Virus record (IMG/VR): IMGVR_UViG_3300021378_000004
DNA from: a virus
Direction: 5' to 3' (one strand)
DNA length: 64,000 nt
Positions 9,618 through 20,569 of the stretch are shown here, piece by piece. A model generated the notes under the pieces. That model saw only the letters and a list, made by a program, of their open reading frames with translations, ran no database searches and had not been told where the DNA came from. Made by a program: the position numbers and the translations under genes. Each line of letters begins with the position of its first letter. Positions within the stretch are counted from its first letter, which is position 1.

Positions 9618-12600
9618 ATGGATAATTTAAAAAACTTTGTAGTAAATAAGGGCCTTGAAGTTGCCGATTCTATTAACACTGGGTTCATTACACTCAATGG
9701 TAAATCAGTTTCAGGTTTAGTAGATTCTTCTAATGTATTAGGTTTAATTGACTCAGCTTATGTACAAGCAAGATCGCCGGCAAGTGGAAATGATTCAGCC
9801 ACTACCATTGCTTTAATTGACTCAGCTTATGTACAAGCAAGACAAACTAAATATACAAATGCAGACTTTACTGATTCAGCCTTTGTCACAACTCAGATTA
9901 ATAGTGTAATCGATGCTGCACCAGGAGCTCTAGATACATTAAATGAATTAGCAGCTGCACTTGGAGATGATGCAAACTTTAGCACAACTATTACTAATCA
10001 AATTGCAGCTAAACTAGATTCTGCTCAAGCTATTGCTATTGTCGATTCATCTTATGTTCAAGCAAGAGTGACAGCAAGTAGTGGTAACGATTCAGCAACA
10101 ACAATTGCCTTAGTTGATTCGTCTTATGTACAAGCAAGACAAATTACTCCTGTCTCGGCGTTTAACACTATAACAGTTGCTACTCAAAATGATGTTGTAT
10201 CTGATACAACAGCTATAAGTTATGAAAATACAGCACAGCAAGCTATACTTCAAGCAAGTAACAGAGGCCAAGATTATTTTGGACAGAGAGTAGCTATTGA
10301 CAATGGATACGCAATAGTAAATGCAGACAATGAAGATACTGGAGGAAGTAATGCTGGAAGTGTTTACGTTTATGTGAGATCTGGCACAACTTGGTCTCAG
10401 CAACAGCAAATAACATCGCCAATATCTCCACCAGACAACCATTATTTTGGAACTGATCTTGATATAGAAGGATCAAGAATTGTAATAGGAACTAAATACG
10501 ATGATACAGATTATAACCACGGTGGAGGCGTGCATGTTTATACTAGATCAGGTACAACTTGGTCTTTAGAACAAAGATTAGCTAGTTCTGATATTGCTGC
10601 CAACGATTGGTTTGGTGATAGAGTGGCTATAAGTGGAAATTATATAGTTGCATCAGCCCATAAGAAAAATTCATCTGAAGGTGCAGTTTACGTATTTAAA
10701 GGTGCTACTTCAACGACATTACAAGGGGCATCGTACGACAGTGTTCAATCTGTATCTTTAAATGCTATTGAAACACAACCAAGAAGTATGTTATTTAATT
10801 CTGATGGAACAAAAGTATATATTGTAGGAATGTCTTCAGATGCAATTAAACAATATAGTTTAGCAACTCCATATGATATTTCAACTAATTTCTTATCAAA
10901 TGCAAGTTCAAGTTACTCATTAACAATTTCTGGTCAAAATAATATGGGTATTTATGCAATGAGATGGAATAATGATGGTACAAAAGTATATGTTCTTTGT
11001 AATAATAACATGAAAATATACCAGCATGATTTAACTACTGCATATGATATAAGTACTGCTTCTTATAGTAACAAAAATTTTAGTACTACAACACAAGAAA
11101 ACAATTACGCAGGTTTTACTTTTAATAATGATGGTACATCAATGTATTTGTGTGGAGCTCAAAACAATAAAGTTTTTCAATATACTTTATCAACTGCATA
11201 TGATATAAGTACTGCTTCATATGCTAGTAAATCATTTACCCCTTCAGGATCGCATGGTGGCACAACAGCTATTCAATTTGATGAAAGTGGAAAAAAATTA
11301 TTCATTTTAGGTAACTCATTACGACAACACGATTTGACTACTGCATTTGACGTAAGTTCTAGTATTTCAGTTTCGTATGCAATAAACATACTTACTAATG
11401 CTACTCAAGCTGGCGATTTTACATTCAATGCAGACATGAGTAAACTGTATGCTGTAGAACCAGGTGCTGACAAAATATTTCAATTTTCAACTAGTGGTGC
11501 TTCGACTGTTTGGGTTCAACAAGCTAAACTATTAGCAAGCGATAACACTACTGGCGATAAGTTTGGCTTTGACGTTGCAATAGATGGCGATACTATTGCT
11601 ATAGGCGCTGCAGTTGCGGATACTGGAGGAAAAGTCTATGCATTTACAAGATCCGGAACAACTTGGTCGCAACAGGCAGCATTTACATCGTCTGATATTA
11701 GTAGTGAAGATGAGTTTGGTGGTAGTGTATCTATAAGCGGTGATACAATATTAGTAGGAGCTTATTCAGCAGGCGGTACTTCAAGTGCACCCCACGGAGC
11801 TGCTTATGTATTCACAAGATCTGGATCAACTTGGTCTCAACAAGCTAAAATACAGCCAAGTGATACTCCAAATCCTTCTAGTGCTACGATAGCGTTTGCT
11901 TATAGACAACTAGCAATTGAAAATGACATTGCAATAATAGGCCATAGTACTGCAACTCTTGATGGTACTGCTAATGTTGGTGCAGCGTATCTTTTTAAAA
12001 GATCAGGAACAACTTGGACACAGGTAAATAAATTTGGTGCATCTGATGCCACAGCTTCTGATGGATTTGGTCATGGAGTTGATATAGACGGAAGAGATAT
12101 TATTGTAGGTGCTCCAAGTGAAAATAGTGGTAAAGGACAAGCTTATACGTTTGTAGTACCAGATGCAGCAATATACTCAGATACTCTTACACTAGCAGGC
12201 GGTTCTGGAATAACTCTTACGAGTAATGCTACAACTGATACAGTTACAATTGCTGCAGCAGCAGCAGGTAATGATTCAGCAACAACAATTGCTCTTATTG
12301 ACTCATCTTATGTACAAGCAAGACAAATTACGCCAATTTCATCTTTTAATACTATATCAGTTTCTAGTCAAACAAATGTTGTAGCAGACCCAACAGTTAC
12401 AAATTTTGCCACCACTACACAAGCTCAAAAATTAACAGCATCAGATGCTGCCAGTAGTGATTTTTTTGGTAACGTAGTTGATATAGACGGTGATTATGCA
12501 GTAGCAGGAGCCAGAGGCAACAAAGCAGTTTATGTATATTACTATAACGGAACAACATGGTCAGAACAACAAAAAATACAACAAACAGCATTTGGATCTA

Positions 12601-13973
12601 ATTTTGGTCATGCAGTATCAGTAGTTGGTGATACATTATTAGTAGGTTCAAATAATACTGATGGATCAAATGCGGATGGAACAAAAGCATATGTGTATAC
12701 ACGATCAGGTACAACGTGGTCTTTACAACAAAAAGTAGATCCATCTCAAGCACTTGAAAATGATTATTTTGGTTATCAAAAAACATTGAAGTTAGATAAT
12801 ACTGATAATAACCAATTTATTGCAGGATCTTACGGTGAAGATGAAACAAATAGTAATGAAGGTGCTGTTTACATTTTTAACAGATCAGGCACTACTTGGT
12901 CAGAAACACAAAGAATAGTTCCTTCAGATAAGGCATCGAACTCTAATTTTGGTGTAAGTGTTGATATAGCAGGCGACTATGCTATTTTTGGCGGGAATAA
13001 CGCCGTTTATGTTTACTACAAATCAGGTGGCACTTGGTCTCAGCAACAAAAAATTGCAAATCCTTATGAAGCCGGAAATGGACATTCAGGTCCTACCAAT
13101 GCTGTTAATTTTGGAACAGATGGTGAAATAAGTATAAACGCAGCAGGAGACACTATAGCTGTAGGTGCAAGAGGACAATCCAATCTACCTGGATACGTAT
13201 TTGTTTTTACAAGATCTGGCACTACATGGACGCTTCAACAAGCATTAAGATCTTCTAATACTGCTAATGAAGACTTTTTTGGATGGAGTGTGAGCTTAGA
13301 TGGTACAGGTAATTCTTTAACAGTAGGAGCGAAAACAACAAGCACTGGCGGTAAAGCATATATTTTCACAAGAACCGGGACAACGTGGACAGAAGTAAAA
13401 GACTTTACAGCTTCAGACGTAGCAGCCAATTGGGAATTCGGTGAAGGTATAGGAATAAGTAGAAGCAATGATAAAATAATAGTAGGTGCAAGGCAAAACA
13501 GTTCAAGCACCAGTGGTACAGGCGCAGTTTATATATTTAATCCAGGAAGTACAGCAACATACTCAGATACTCTTACACTTGAAGCTGGTACAGGAATAAC
13601 TCTTACAACTGCTGCAGGTACTGATACAGTTACAATTACTGGATCTGCTGCAGACGAGCTTATTTCAATTGACTCTGATTTAACTTCAACTGATTCTGAT
13701 CAAGTTATACATAGCTTTAGTAAAACTAGTTTTAGAACAATGAAATATATAGCACAGCTTAAACACGCAGGTGATAATGCATATCATTCAGAAGAAATAT
13801 TGTTAACGCATAACGGAACAAATGTAGTAATAACAAGCTATGCGAAATTACTTTTAGATTCTGACCTTGGAGAATTTGATGCAGCAATAAACGGAAGTAA
13901 TGTAGAACTTAGATTAACTCCAACAAAAACAAATACAAATGTAAAGCTAAAAGCAATTAGTACTACAGTATAA
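9618..13973 (+). CDS. Giant tail fibre/adhesin (1451 aa)
   Basis: Same repeat families as neighbouring genes; N-terminus NLKNFVV.KGLEVA shared with ORF 14276. Confidence 0.8.
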   Translation: MDNLKNFVVNKGLEVADSINTGFITLNGKSVSGLVDSSNVLGLIDSAYVQARSPASGNDSATTIALIDSAYVQARQTKYTNADFTDSAFVTTQINSVIDAAPGALDTLNELAAALGDDANFSTTITNQIAAKLDSAQAIAIVDSSYVQARVTASSGNDSATTIALVDSSYVQARQITPVSAFNTITVATQNDVVSDTTAISYENTAQQAILQASNRGQDYFGQRVAIDNGYAIVNADNEDTGGSNAGSVYVYVRSGTTWSQQQQITSPISPPDNHYFGTDLDIEGSRIVIGTKYDDTDYNHGGGVHVYTRSGTTWSLEQRLASSDIAANDWFGDRVAISGNYIVASAHKKNSSEGAVYVFKGATSTTLQGASYDSVQSVSLNAIETQPRSMLFNSDGTKVYIVGMSSDAIKQYSLATPYDISTNFLSNASSSYSLTISGQNNMGIYAMRWNNDGTKVYVLCNNNMKIYQHDLTTAYDISTASYSNKNFSTTTQENNYAGFTFNNDGTSMYLCGAQNNKVFQYTLSTAYDISTASYASKSFTPSGSHGGTTAIQFDESGKKLFILGNSLRQHDLTTAFDVSSSISVSYAINILTNATQAGDFTFNADMSKLYAVEPGADKIFQFSTSGASTVWVQQAKLLASDNTTGDKFGFDVAIDGDTIAIGAAVADTGGKVYAFTRSGTTWSQQAAFTSSDISSEDEFGGSVSISGDTILVGAYSAGGTSSAPHGAAYVFTRSGSTWSQQAKIQPSDTPNPSSATIAFAYRQLAIENDIAIIGHSTATLDGTANVGAAYLFKRSGTTWTQVNKFGASDATASDGFGHGVDIDGRDIIVGAPSENSGKGQAYTFVVPDAAIYSDTLTLAGGSGITLTSNATTDTVTIAAAAAGNDSATTIALIDSSYVQARQITPISSFNTISVSSQTNVVADPTVTNFATTTQAQKLTASDAASSDFFGNVVDIDGDYAVAGARGNKAVYVYYYNGTTWSEQQKIQQTAFGSNFGHAVSVVGDTLLVGSNNTDGSNADGTKAYVYTRSGTTWSLQQKVDPSQALENDYFGYQKTLKLDNTDNNQFIAGSYGEDETNSNEGAVYIFNRSGTTWSETQRIVPSDKASNSNFGVSVDIAGDYAIFGGNNAVYVYYKSGGTWSQQQKIANPYEAGNGHSGPTNAVNFGTDGEISINAAGDTIAVGARGQSNLPGYVFVFTRSGTTWTLQQALRSSNTANEDFFGWSVSLDGTGNSLTVGAKTTSTGGKAYIFTRTGTTWTEVKDFTASDVAANWEFGEGIGISRSNDKIIVGARQNSSSTSGTGAVYIFNPGSTATYSDTLTLEAGTGITLTTAAGTDTVTITGSAADELISIDSDLTSTDSDQVIHSFSKTSFRTMKYIAQLKHAGDNAYHSEEILLTHNGTNVVITSYAKLLLDSDLGEFDAAINGSNVELRLTPTKTNTNVKLKAISTTV
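13565..13653 (+). repeat. 89-bp exact direct repeat, copy 2
   Basis: Identical to 1647-1735. Confidence 0.9.
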
Positions 13974-13976
13974 ATA
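13969..13976 (+). promoter_or_regulatory. T4-type late promoter
   Basis: TATAAATA upstream of ORF 14013. Confidence 0.7.
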
Positions 13977-14012
13977 ATAAAATAAATAAAATTAAAACAG
14001 GAGCCGTTTATA

Positions 14013-14237
14013 ATGGAAAAAGAAGACAACTCAAATGCAGTAATAATCGACGATAAAGAATATAAAATTGAAGATTTCACTGAGGAGCAAACCTATCAAG
14101 TAAGGCAGATTAGAGATTTACAAACTAAATCTAATAATCTTCGTTTTCAAATTGATCAATTGCAAACAGCTGAAAAAGCATTTTCAAGTGCACTTGTATC
14201 ATCTTTAACAAATGAAGAAATTAAAAAAGATAAATAA
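14013..14237 (+). CDS. Small coiled-coil hypothetical protein
   Basis: ORF with SD AGGAG and late promoter. Confidence 0.65.
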   Translation: MEKEDNSNAVIIDDKEYKIEDFTEEQTYQVRQIRDLQTKSNNLRFQIDQLQTAEKAFSSALVSSLTNEEIKKDK

Positions 14238-14240
14238 AAC

Positions 14241-14248
14241 TATAAATA
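14241..14248 (+). promoter_or_regulatory. T4-type late promoter
   Basis: TATAAATA upstream of ORF 14276. Confidence 0.75.
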
Positions 14249-14275
14249 GTATAAACTCTTGGGGAAAGTGAACCA

Positions 14276-17200
14276 ATGTCAAATTTAAAAAATTTTGTAG
14301 TAAGAAAAGGTCTTGAAGTTGCTGAATCTATTAAACTTAATAACAAAACAGTTACAACTTTACTTGATTCTGCTAATACATTAAGTCTAGTTACGGCAAA
14401 CAGTACTACAGCATCAGCAGTTCAATCTTTAATTGACTCAAGTTATGTTTCTGCACGTTCTCCATCACCAACAACTGTTGTAGCTACTATGGCAGCCTTA
14501 GGCGCAGTTACAGGAATGGTAGCTGGTGATCAAGCATTAGTTACTGGTGTTAATAAAATATTTATGTATAATGGAACTGGGTGGTATCTTGTTGCAACAA
14601 TTACAAATGCAGCGCCATCTGCGATAACTGGTGTTGATAGTGCTTATACATTAGCTCAAAATGGAACAGCAACTGTTATCAATGCAATTGCAACTGACCC
14701 AGAAGGTTTACCTCTTTCGTGGAGTTCATCGACTAGTGGTCTTGGCGATATTGCTACAATCACTCAAGGAACTGGAGATTCATCTAATTACTTTACTGTA
14801 ACACCTGCTACTTCTGGTAGCAGTAGCGGTGGTACATTTACTCTTACAATAGCAGCAACAGACAATGTCAATGGCGCTGTAAATTTTCCTGCTTCTTTTA
14901 CATTGACATTTATTGCTGATTGGACGACAACTGCTCAACAATCAATGTTAACTGCAACTGATGCGGGGTCGAATGATTTTAATGGTATTTCTGTAGATAT
15001 CAAAGGTGATCGGGCAATTACAGGTGCCAGAGGAGAAAAAGCAGCTTATGTCTGGAAAAGAAGTGCAACAGCATTATTAAGTTCTATCGCGCTCACCACT
15101 TATAGTAATGTTCAATCTGATGCTTTGTATTCGGATTTGGGTTCCCATGTATATCCGGAGTTAACTGGATTTATATTTAATGCTGATGGAACAAAAATTA
15201 TTACAATTAATAAATATTATGACAAATTAGATCAATGGAGTTGTTCTACAGCATATGATATCACTTCTTCTTCTTTATCACATGATAGTGTTTCATTCAG
15301 TGTAGCAAGTCAAGCAAGTCATGCAGAGTGTTTAAGAACAAATAATGACGGAACTAAATTATTTGTTGTATGTAGTGTTACTGATAAAATTTATGAATAT
15401 GATTTAAGCACTGCATATGATATAAGTACAGCTTCGTACAATAACGTTAATTTTGCAGTTACTCAAGATAATAATCCAAGAGGAATATTTTTTAAACCAG
15501 ATGGACAAACTATGTATCTTGCTGCTGGTAGCACTCATGACAAGATTTGGCAATTCTCATTAAGTACTGCGTGGGATCTTTCAACTATATCATATGCTAA
15601 TAAAGTATCTCCTACTGTATATGCTCAAACTGGTAGTTGGCCTCAAGATGTTGTTTTTCTCAATGATGGCGCAACAATGGTTATTATAGGACAAAGTAAT
15701 GATGCGTTATATCAATATAACTTAACAACTGCGTGGGATGTAAGTACTGCATCATACGCTAATGCTTCCTTTAGTGTTTCAAGTCAAGATGGTACACCAA
15801 ATGGATTAACGCTGCATCCTGCTGATTCTACTAAACTATTTCTTATTGGTCATAATAATGGTAAAATAACCCAATATAATCTAGATGCTTCTGTTTGGGC
15901 TCAAGAAGCTAAAATAGATGGATCTTCCGGTGGTAATAATGCAGGCATTTCAGTCGCAATGAGCACTGATAATAACTATGTTATACTAGGATCTCCATCC
16001 TATGGTGGATCGAGCAAAGGTGCGGGAATTGTGTATGTAAGATCTGGCACATCATGGACATATCAGGCTGCATTAGTTCCTTCAGATGTAGCTGCTAATG
16101 ATGAAGCTGGATTGTCTGTAAGTATAAGTAGTGATGGTACATATGCAACTGTTGGTGCTCAAGCTGAGGATTCTTATAAAGGTGCAGCATATGTTTTTAT
16201 AAGATCTGGTACGTCATGGTCACAACAACAAAAAATTACAGAACCAACTAGAGAAGCTAGCGCTTCATTTGGAGCTGCAGCTAAATTAAACGATGCTGGC
16301 GACGTTTTATTGTGTAGTAGTCCGTTGAGCGATGAAGCAGTGGGAAATGCTGGAGCTGCATTTATTTTTACAAGATCTGGAACAACATGGTCGTATTCGA
16401 CATATGCGGCAGCATCAGATGCAGGTGGAAGTGATTATGCCGGAGGTACCGGTTCAGGCGCTAATCAGCAAAATGCTTCAGACATTAACGAAGATGGAGA
16501 TTTAATAGTAGTTGGAGCATATGGTCACAATACTGGAGGTGTTGGTAATTCAGGAGCCGCTTACATTTTTAAAAAAGGTTCAACTCATTATGATATAGCT
16601 GGAGCTACATTTACTGCAGCTGAGTATGTACACGCTAACTTCACTAATTGTACTGCAATAACATTTAATGGAGATGGAACAAAAATATTTGCGGCTGGTG
16701 GTGGTTATGATAGAATAGCCAGTTATACCTTAACTACTGCATATGATATATCAACTGCATCATACGACAGTAATCCGTTAGTTACTAGTAGTTATGAAGG
16801 TAATCCAAATGGGTTGCAATTTAACGCAGATGGAACAAAATTATTTTTCTGTGGATCTGCTGCAAATAGAATTTTTGTATATAATTTAACTACTGGATAT
16901 GATTTATCTACTGCATCAATAGGTAATAGTGGTAATGGTGTTTCATTCGCGTCACAAGATAATAATACTAGAGATATGAAATTTAAACCTGATGGAACAG
17001 TATTGTACGTGGTGGGTCAGCAATACGATAAAGTTTATCAATATTCTTTATCTACTGCATTTGATATAACAACTATATCATATGCTAGTAAATCTTTTTC
17101 TGTTACTTCACAAGAGAGTACCCCAGAAGGAATTGACTTTACACCCGATGGAACGAAAATGTTTATTATTGGTGAGCAATATAATGATGTTTTTCAATAT

Positions 17201-17704
17201 AACTTATCTACAGCATGGGATGTAAGCACAGCATCATACGCTAATACAAGTTTTGATTTAGGTTCTAGACAAGCACTGTCTTCTGCTGTTATATTTAATC
17301 CTAATGGCACTAAAATGTTTACAGCTGGAAGAAGTGCAGATAATATAAACGAATTCGACACTAGTGCTAAGAGTTACTCTCAGGTTACTAAATTAACTCC
17401 CCCTTCGAATGTATTAAATCAAAATTTTGGAGAAACTGTTGCTATATCTGGAAACACAGTTGCAATAGGAGTTCAATCAGCTGGTGGCGGCGGCGCTAAT
17501 GCAGTATCTTATGTCTATGATACAAGCGATGAAAGCACTTGGACTTTAAGAAAAACATTTGCTGGATCAGATATTGCAGCTAGTTATAAATATGGTTTTT
17601 CAATTGCCATAGATGAAACCAATAAGTCAATAATAGTAGGTTCGCCGGGCGTAGCTAATCAGACTCCATCACCTGGTCGTGCATATGTATTTACAGCATC
17701 ATAA
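14276..17704 (+). CDS. Tail fibre/adhesin (1142 aa): Ig/cadherin-like segment, FG-GAP-like propeller with two inserted propellers
   Basis: ATDPEG motif (Ig/cadherin-like); FG-GAP blades; LSTAWD repeats. Confidence 0.78.
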   Translation: MSNLKNFVVRKGLEVAESIKLNNKTVTTLLDSANTLSLVTANSTTASAVQSLIDSSYVSARSPSPTTVVATMAALGAVTGMVAGDQALVTGVNKIFMYNGTGWYLVATITNAAPSAITGVDSAYTLAQNGTATVINAIATDPEGLPLSWSSSTSGLGDIATITQGTGDSSNYFTVTPATSGSSSGGTFTLTIAATDNVNGAVNFPASFTLTFIADWTTTAQQSMLTATDAGSNDFNGISVDIKGDRAITGARGEKAAYVWKRSATALLSSIALTTYSNVQSDALYSDLGSHVYPELTGFIFNADGTKIITINKYYDKLDQWSCSTAYDITSSSLSHDSVSFSVASQASHAECLRTNNDGTKLFVVCSVTDKIYEYDLSTAYDISTASYNNVNFAVTQDNNPRGIFFKPDGQTMYLAAGSTHDKIWQFSLSTAWDLSTISYANKVSPTVYAQTGSWPQDVVFLNDGATMVIIGQSNDALYQYNLTTAWDVSTASYANASFSVSSQDGTPNGLTLHPADSTKLFLIGHNNGKITQYNLDASVWAQEAKIDGSSGGNNAGISVAMSTDNNYVILGSPSYGGSSKGAGIVYVRSGTSWTYQAALVPSDVAANDEAGLSVSISSDGTYATVGAQAEDSYKGAAYVFIRSGTSWSQQQKITEPTREASASFGAAAKLNDAGDVLLCSSPLSDEAVGNAGAAFIFTRSGTTWSYSTYAAASDAGGSDYAGGTGSGANQQNASDINEDGDLIVVGAYGHNTGGVGNSGAAYIFKKGSTHYDIAGATFTAAEYVHANFTNCTAITFNGDGTKIFAAGGGYDRIASYTLTTAYDISTASYDSNPLVTSSYEGNPNGLQFNADGTKLFFCGSAANRIFVYNLTTGYDLSTASIGNSGNGVSFASQDNNTRDMKFKPDGTVLYVVGQQYDKVYQYSLSTAFDITTISYASKSFSVTSQESTPEGIDFTPDGTKMFIIGEQYNDVFQYNLSTAWDVSTASYANTSFDLGSRQALSSAVIFNPNGTKMFTAGRSADNINEFDTSAKSYSQVTKLTPPSNVLNQNFGETVAISGNTVAIGVQSAGGGGANAVSYVYDTSDESTWTLRKTFAGSDIAASYKYGFSIAIDETNKSIIVGSPGVANQTPSPGRAYVFTAS

Positions 17705-17720
17705 TAAAAAGGATAGATAA

Positions 17721-18476
17721 ATGGCGGCTCCTAATTCACGCGCAACTCTTATAGATTATTGTAAAAGGCGTCTAGGTGAACCAGTAATCGAAGTAAACGT
17801 TGATGAAGATCAACTAGAAGATCGAGTTGACGAATCGCTACAGTATTATCGTGAGTTTCATTCTGATGCAACTGTAAGAACTTACCTTAAACACTTAGTT
17901 ACTGAAACTGATGTCACCAATGAATATATCACATTAGCTAGTAATATTATTTTTGTTTCTAAGATGTTTCCTTTATCGAGTTCATTTGCTGGATCTAGAA
18001 ATTTTTTCGATATTAAATACCAAATGATGTTAAACGATATACACGATTTAATGAATTTTGCTGGTGATCTAGCGTATTATGAGCAAATGCAGCAGTATCT
18101 TTCTATGCTAGATATGAAATTAAATGGCACACCGCAAGTACAATTTTCACGTAGACAAAATAGACTATATATCTTTGGTGATTTTGCTGATGGCGATATT
18201 AAAGCAGGTGATTATATTGTAGCTGAAGTTTACACTGAAGTAAGTGACGTTGATCATACTTCTATATTTAATGATATGTTCGTAAAGGAATATACAACTG
18301 CACTAATAAAACAGCAATGGGGGCAAAACTTAATTAAATTTGAAGGGATGCAATTACCTGGAGGAGTTATTTTAAATGGAAGACAAATTTATGATGATGC
18401 TACTGCAGAAATAGCAACTCTTAGAGAAAACATAAGATTAGAACACGAATTTCCACCTGATTTCTTTGTAGGATAA
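17721..18476 (+). CDS. gp13: Neck protein gp13
   Basis: YC.RRLG.PVIE.NV, ALIKQQWGQNL.KF.G.QLPGGV.LNG motifs; position. Confidence 0.92.
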   Translation: MAAPNSRATLIDYCKRRLGEPVIEVNVDEDQLEDRVDESLQYYREFHSDATVRTYLKHLVTETDVTNEYITLASNIIFVSKMFPLSSSFAGSRNFFDIKYQMMLNDIHDLMNFAGDLAYYEQMQQYLSMLDMKLNGTPQVQFSRRQNRLYIFGDFADGDIKAGDYIVAEVYTEVSDVDHTSIFNDMFVKEYTTALIKQQWGQNLIKFEGMQLPGGVILNGRQIYDDATAEIATLRENIRLEHEFPPDFFVG

Positions 18477-18477
18477 T

Positions 18478-19359
18478 ATGGCAACCAATTTATACTTTAA
18501 TCAAAAAGTAAGATCAGAGCAGAACCTCTATGAAGATATAGTTATTGAGGCATTAAAAGCTTACGGGCAAGACGTATTTTATTTACCTCGTGATATAGTA
18601 AATGAAGATGAGATATTTGGTGATGATCCAGTATCGAGTTTTAATTCTTCTCATATACTTGAAATGTATATTGAGAACACAGAAGGATTTGAAGGCGAAG
18701 GAGATCTTTTTACAAGATTTGGCGTTGAAATACGTGATGAAGCTACATTCGTAGTGTCAAGAAGAAGATGGGCTGCTACTGTACAAAGGTACGATAACGA
18801 AATTAAAACACAAAGACCTGCTGAAGGAGATTTAATATATCTCCCTTTAAGTAAATCTTTTTTTCAAATATCACATGTAGAACATGAACAGCCATTTTAT
18901 CAATTAAGTAACTTACCAGTATATAAAATGAGATGTCAGTTATTTGAATATACTGGTGAAGATATGGATACGGGCGTAGATGCTTTAGATAGTCTTGAAA
19001 TTAAATACGCATATAAGTATATCTTATCACTAACTGATAAAACAGGTGATCCTTTTAAAGTTGGCGAAACAATTACTTCAACAAGCGGTGGTACTACGAT
19101 AAGAGGCGAAGTTGCTCAGTATTCAGATTCAGATAGTAAACTTCATATTATTCATGCAGGCGCTGATGACGGCAAATATCATACCTTTGCTACAGCTGCG
19201 ACTGTAGCTGGTTTAACAACAGGTGCAGGTGGTGTAATATCGTTAGTAGTAGAAGATAATCAATTATCAGAGAACGAGCAAAATGCAGATTTTTCAACAG
19301 GTGCAGACTTCATTGACTTCAGTGAATCCAATCCATTCGGCGATGTGAGTAATAACTAA
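18478..19359 (+). CDS. gp14: Neck protein gp14
   Basis: YGQDVFYLPR, RPAEGDLIY.P, FSESNPFG; follows gp13. Confidence 0.92.
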   Translation: MATNLYFNQKVRSEQNLYEDIVIEALKAYGQDVFYLPRDIVNEDEIFGDDPVSSFNSSHILEMYIENTEGFEGEGDLFTRFGVEIRDEATFVVSRRRWAATVQRYDNEIKTQRPAEGDLIYLPLSKSFFQISHVEHEQPFYQLSNLPVYKMRCQLFEYTGEDMDTGVDALDSLEIKYAYKYILSLTDKTGDPFKVGETITSTSGGTTIRGEVAQYSDSDSKLHIIHAGADDGKYHTFATAATVAGLTTGAGGVISLVVEDNQLSENEQNADFSTGADFIDFSESNPFGDVSNN

Positions 19360-20150
19360 TGTTTGGCGGACACTTCTATCATGCAAAAACTAAAAAGGCT
19401 GTGGCGCTGTTCGGCAGACTTTTTAATAATATATACGTTATCAGGCAAAATTCATCTGGTGCTGTAATTAGTCAACTTAGAGTTCCGTTATCTTATGCAC
19501 CAAAACAAAAGTATCTTGAAAGAATAAGAGAAAATCCTAATTTGACAGAAGACACTCAAGTTGCTATAAAGTTACCAAGACTGTCTTTTGAGATTACATC
19601 TATTTCATATGATGCGCAAAGACAATTAGCTAAAGTTGGAAATTTTACTACAAATTCATCTACTGGCGAAAATACTAAAAGACAACGTTTTTTTAATCCA
19701 GTTCCTTATTCAATAAATTTTCAATTAAATGCATATGCTAAATCACAAGATGATGCATTGCAGATTGTAGAACAAATACTTCCTACATTTAATCCACAAT
19801 ACGCAATGACAATAAAACCGTTCTCAACAGAATATCCTGATTTTAAAGAAGACATACAAGTTATTATTCAAGGTGTTTCTTTTTCAGATGATTTTGAAGG
19901 AGCAATGGAACAAAGAAGAACAATAATTTATACGTTGGATTTCGAAATGAAATTAAGTTTTCATGGTCCAATAACAGATACTAGTATTATAAGAGATGCT
20001 AGAGCAAAGGTATTTGATATCGGAGCTGGTTTAAATGATTCAGATATAGGATTAGAAACTATAGTAGTAACACCTAATCCTTCAAATATTATTGGCCTCG
20101 AAGATAGTGACTTTGGATTTTCAACAACAATTTTAGATAGTGCGAGTTAA
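19359..20150 (+). CDS. gp15: Tail sheath stabiliser/terminator gp15
   Basis: FG..FN.I, VPL.YAPK.K, LPR.SFE, QIVEQILP.F.P. Confidence 0.92.
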   Translation: MFGGHFYHAKTKKAVALFGRLFNNIYVIRQNSSGAVISQLRVPLSYAPKQKYLERIRENPNLTEDTQVAIKLPRLSFEITSISYDAQRQLAKVGNFTTNSSTGENTKRQRFFNPVPYSINFQLNAYAKSQDDALQIVEQILPTFNPQYAMTIKPFSTEYPDFKEDIQVIIQGVSFSDDFEGAMEQRRTIIYTLDFEMKLSFHGPITDTSIIRDARAKVFDIGAGLNDSDIGLETIVVTPNPSNIIGLEDSDFGFSTTILDSAS

Positions 20151-20152
20151 AT

Positions 20153-20569
20153 ATGTATGAATACAGATGTAAAGTAGTAAAGATAATCGATGGCGATACT
20201 GTCGATGTTGATATCGATTTAGGTTTTGGCGTATGGTTAAAAAAAGAACGAATAAGATTATATGCTATAGATACTCCAGAATCAAGAACAAGAGATCTTG
20301 AAGAAAAAAAATATGGATTAGCTGCTAAGAAATTTTTAACAGGAATGTTAGATGACGAAGGCGGCATAACACTTAAGACACAAAAAGATGCTGAAGGTAA
20401 ATTTGGCAGAATCTTAGGTGAATTGTGGAGAACAACAAATTATGCAGATCAATCTATTAATGATTATATGGTAGAAAAACACCATGCAGTAAGATACTAT
20501 GGTCAATCTAAAGATGACATTGAACATGAACACATTAAAAACCGTGAGTTAGTTACATTAAATGAGTGA
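20153..20569 (+). CDS. Thermonuclease (SNase-like)
   Basis: IIDGDT, RIRL..IDTPE, GKFGRIL motifs. Confidence 0.85.
   Translation: MYEYRCKVVKIIDGDTVDVDIDLGFGVWLKKERIRLYAIDTPESRTRDLEEKKYGLAAKKFLTGMLDDEGGITLKTQKDAEGKFGRILGELWRTTNYADQSINDYMVEKHHAVRYYGQSKDDIEHEHIKNRELVTLNE

Noticed and set aside
1-17704. Diversity-generating retroelement or CRISPR array behind the repeats
   Set aside because: No reverse transcriptase, no adenine-specific TR/VR pair noticed, and repeats are in-frame coding with no spacer structure
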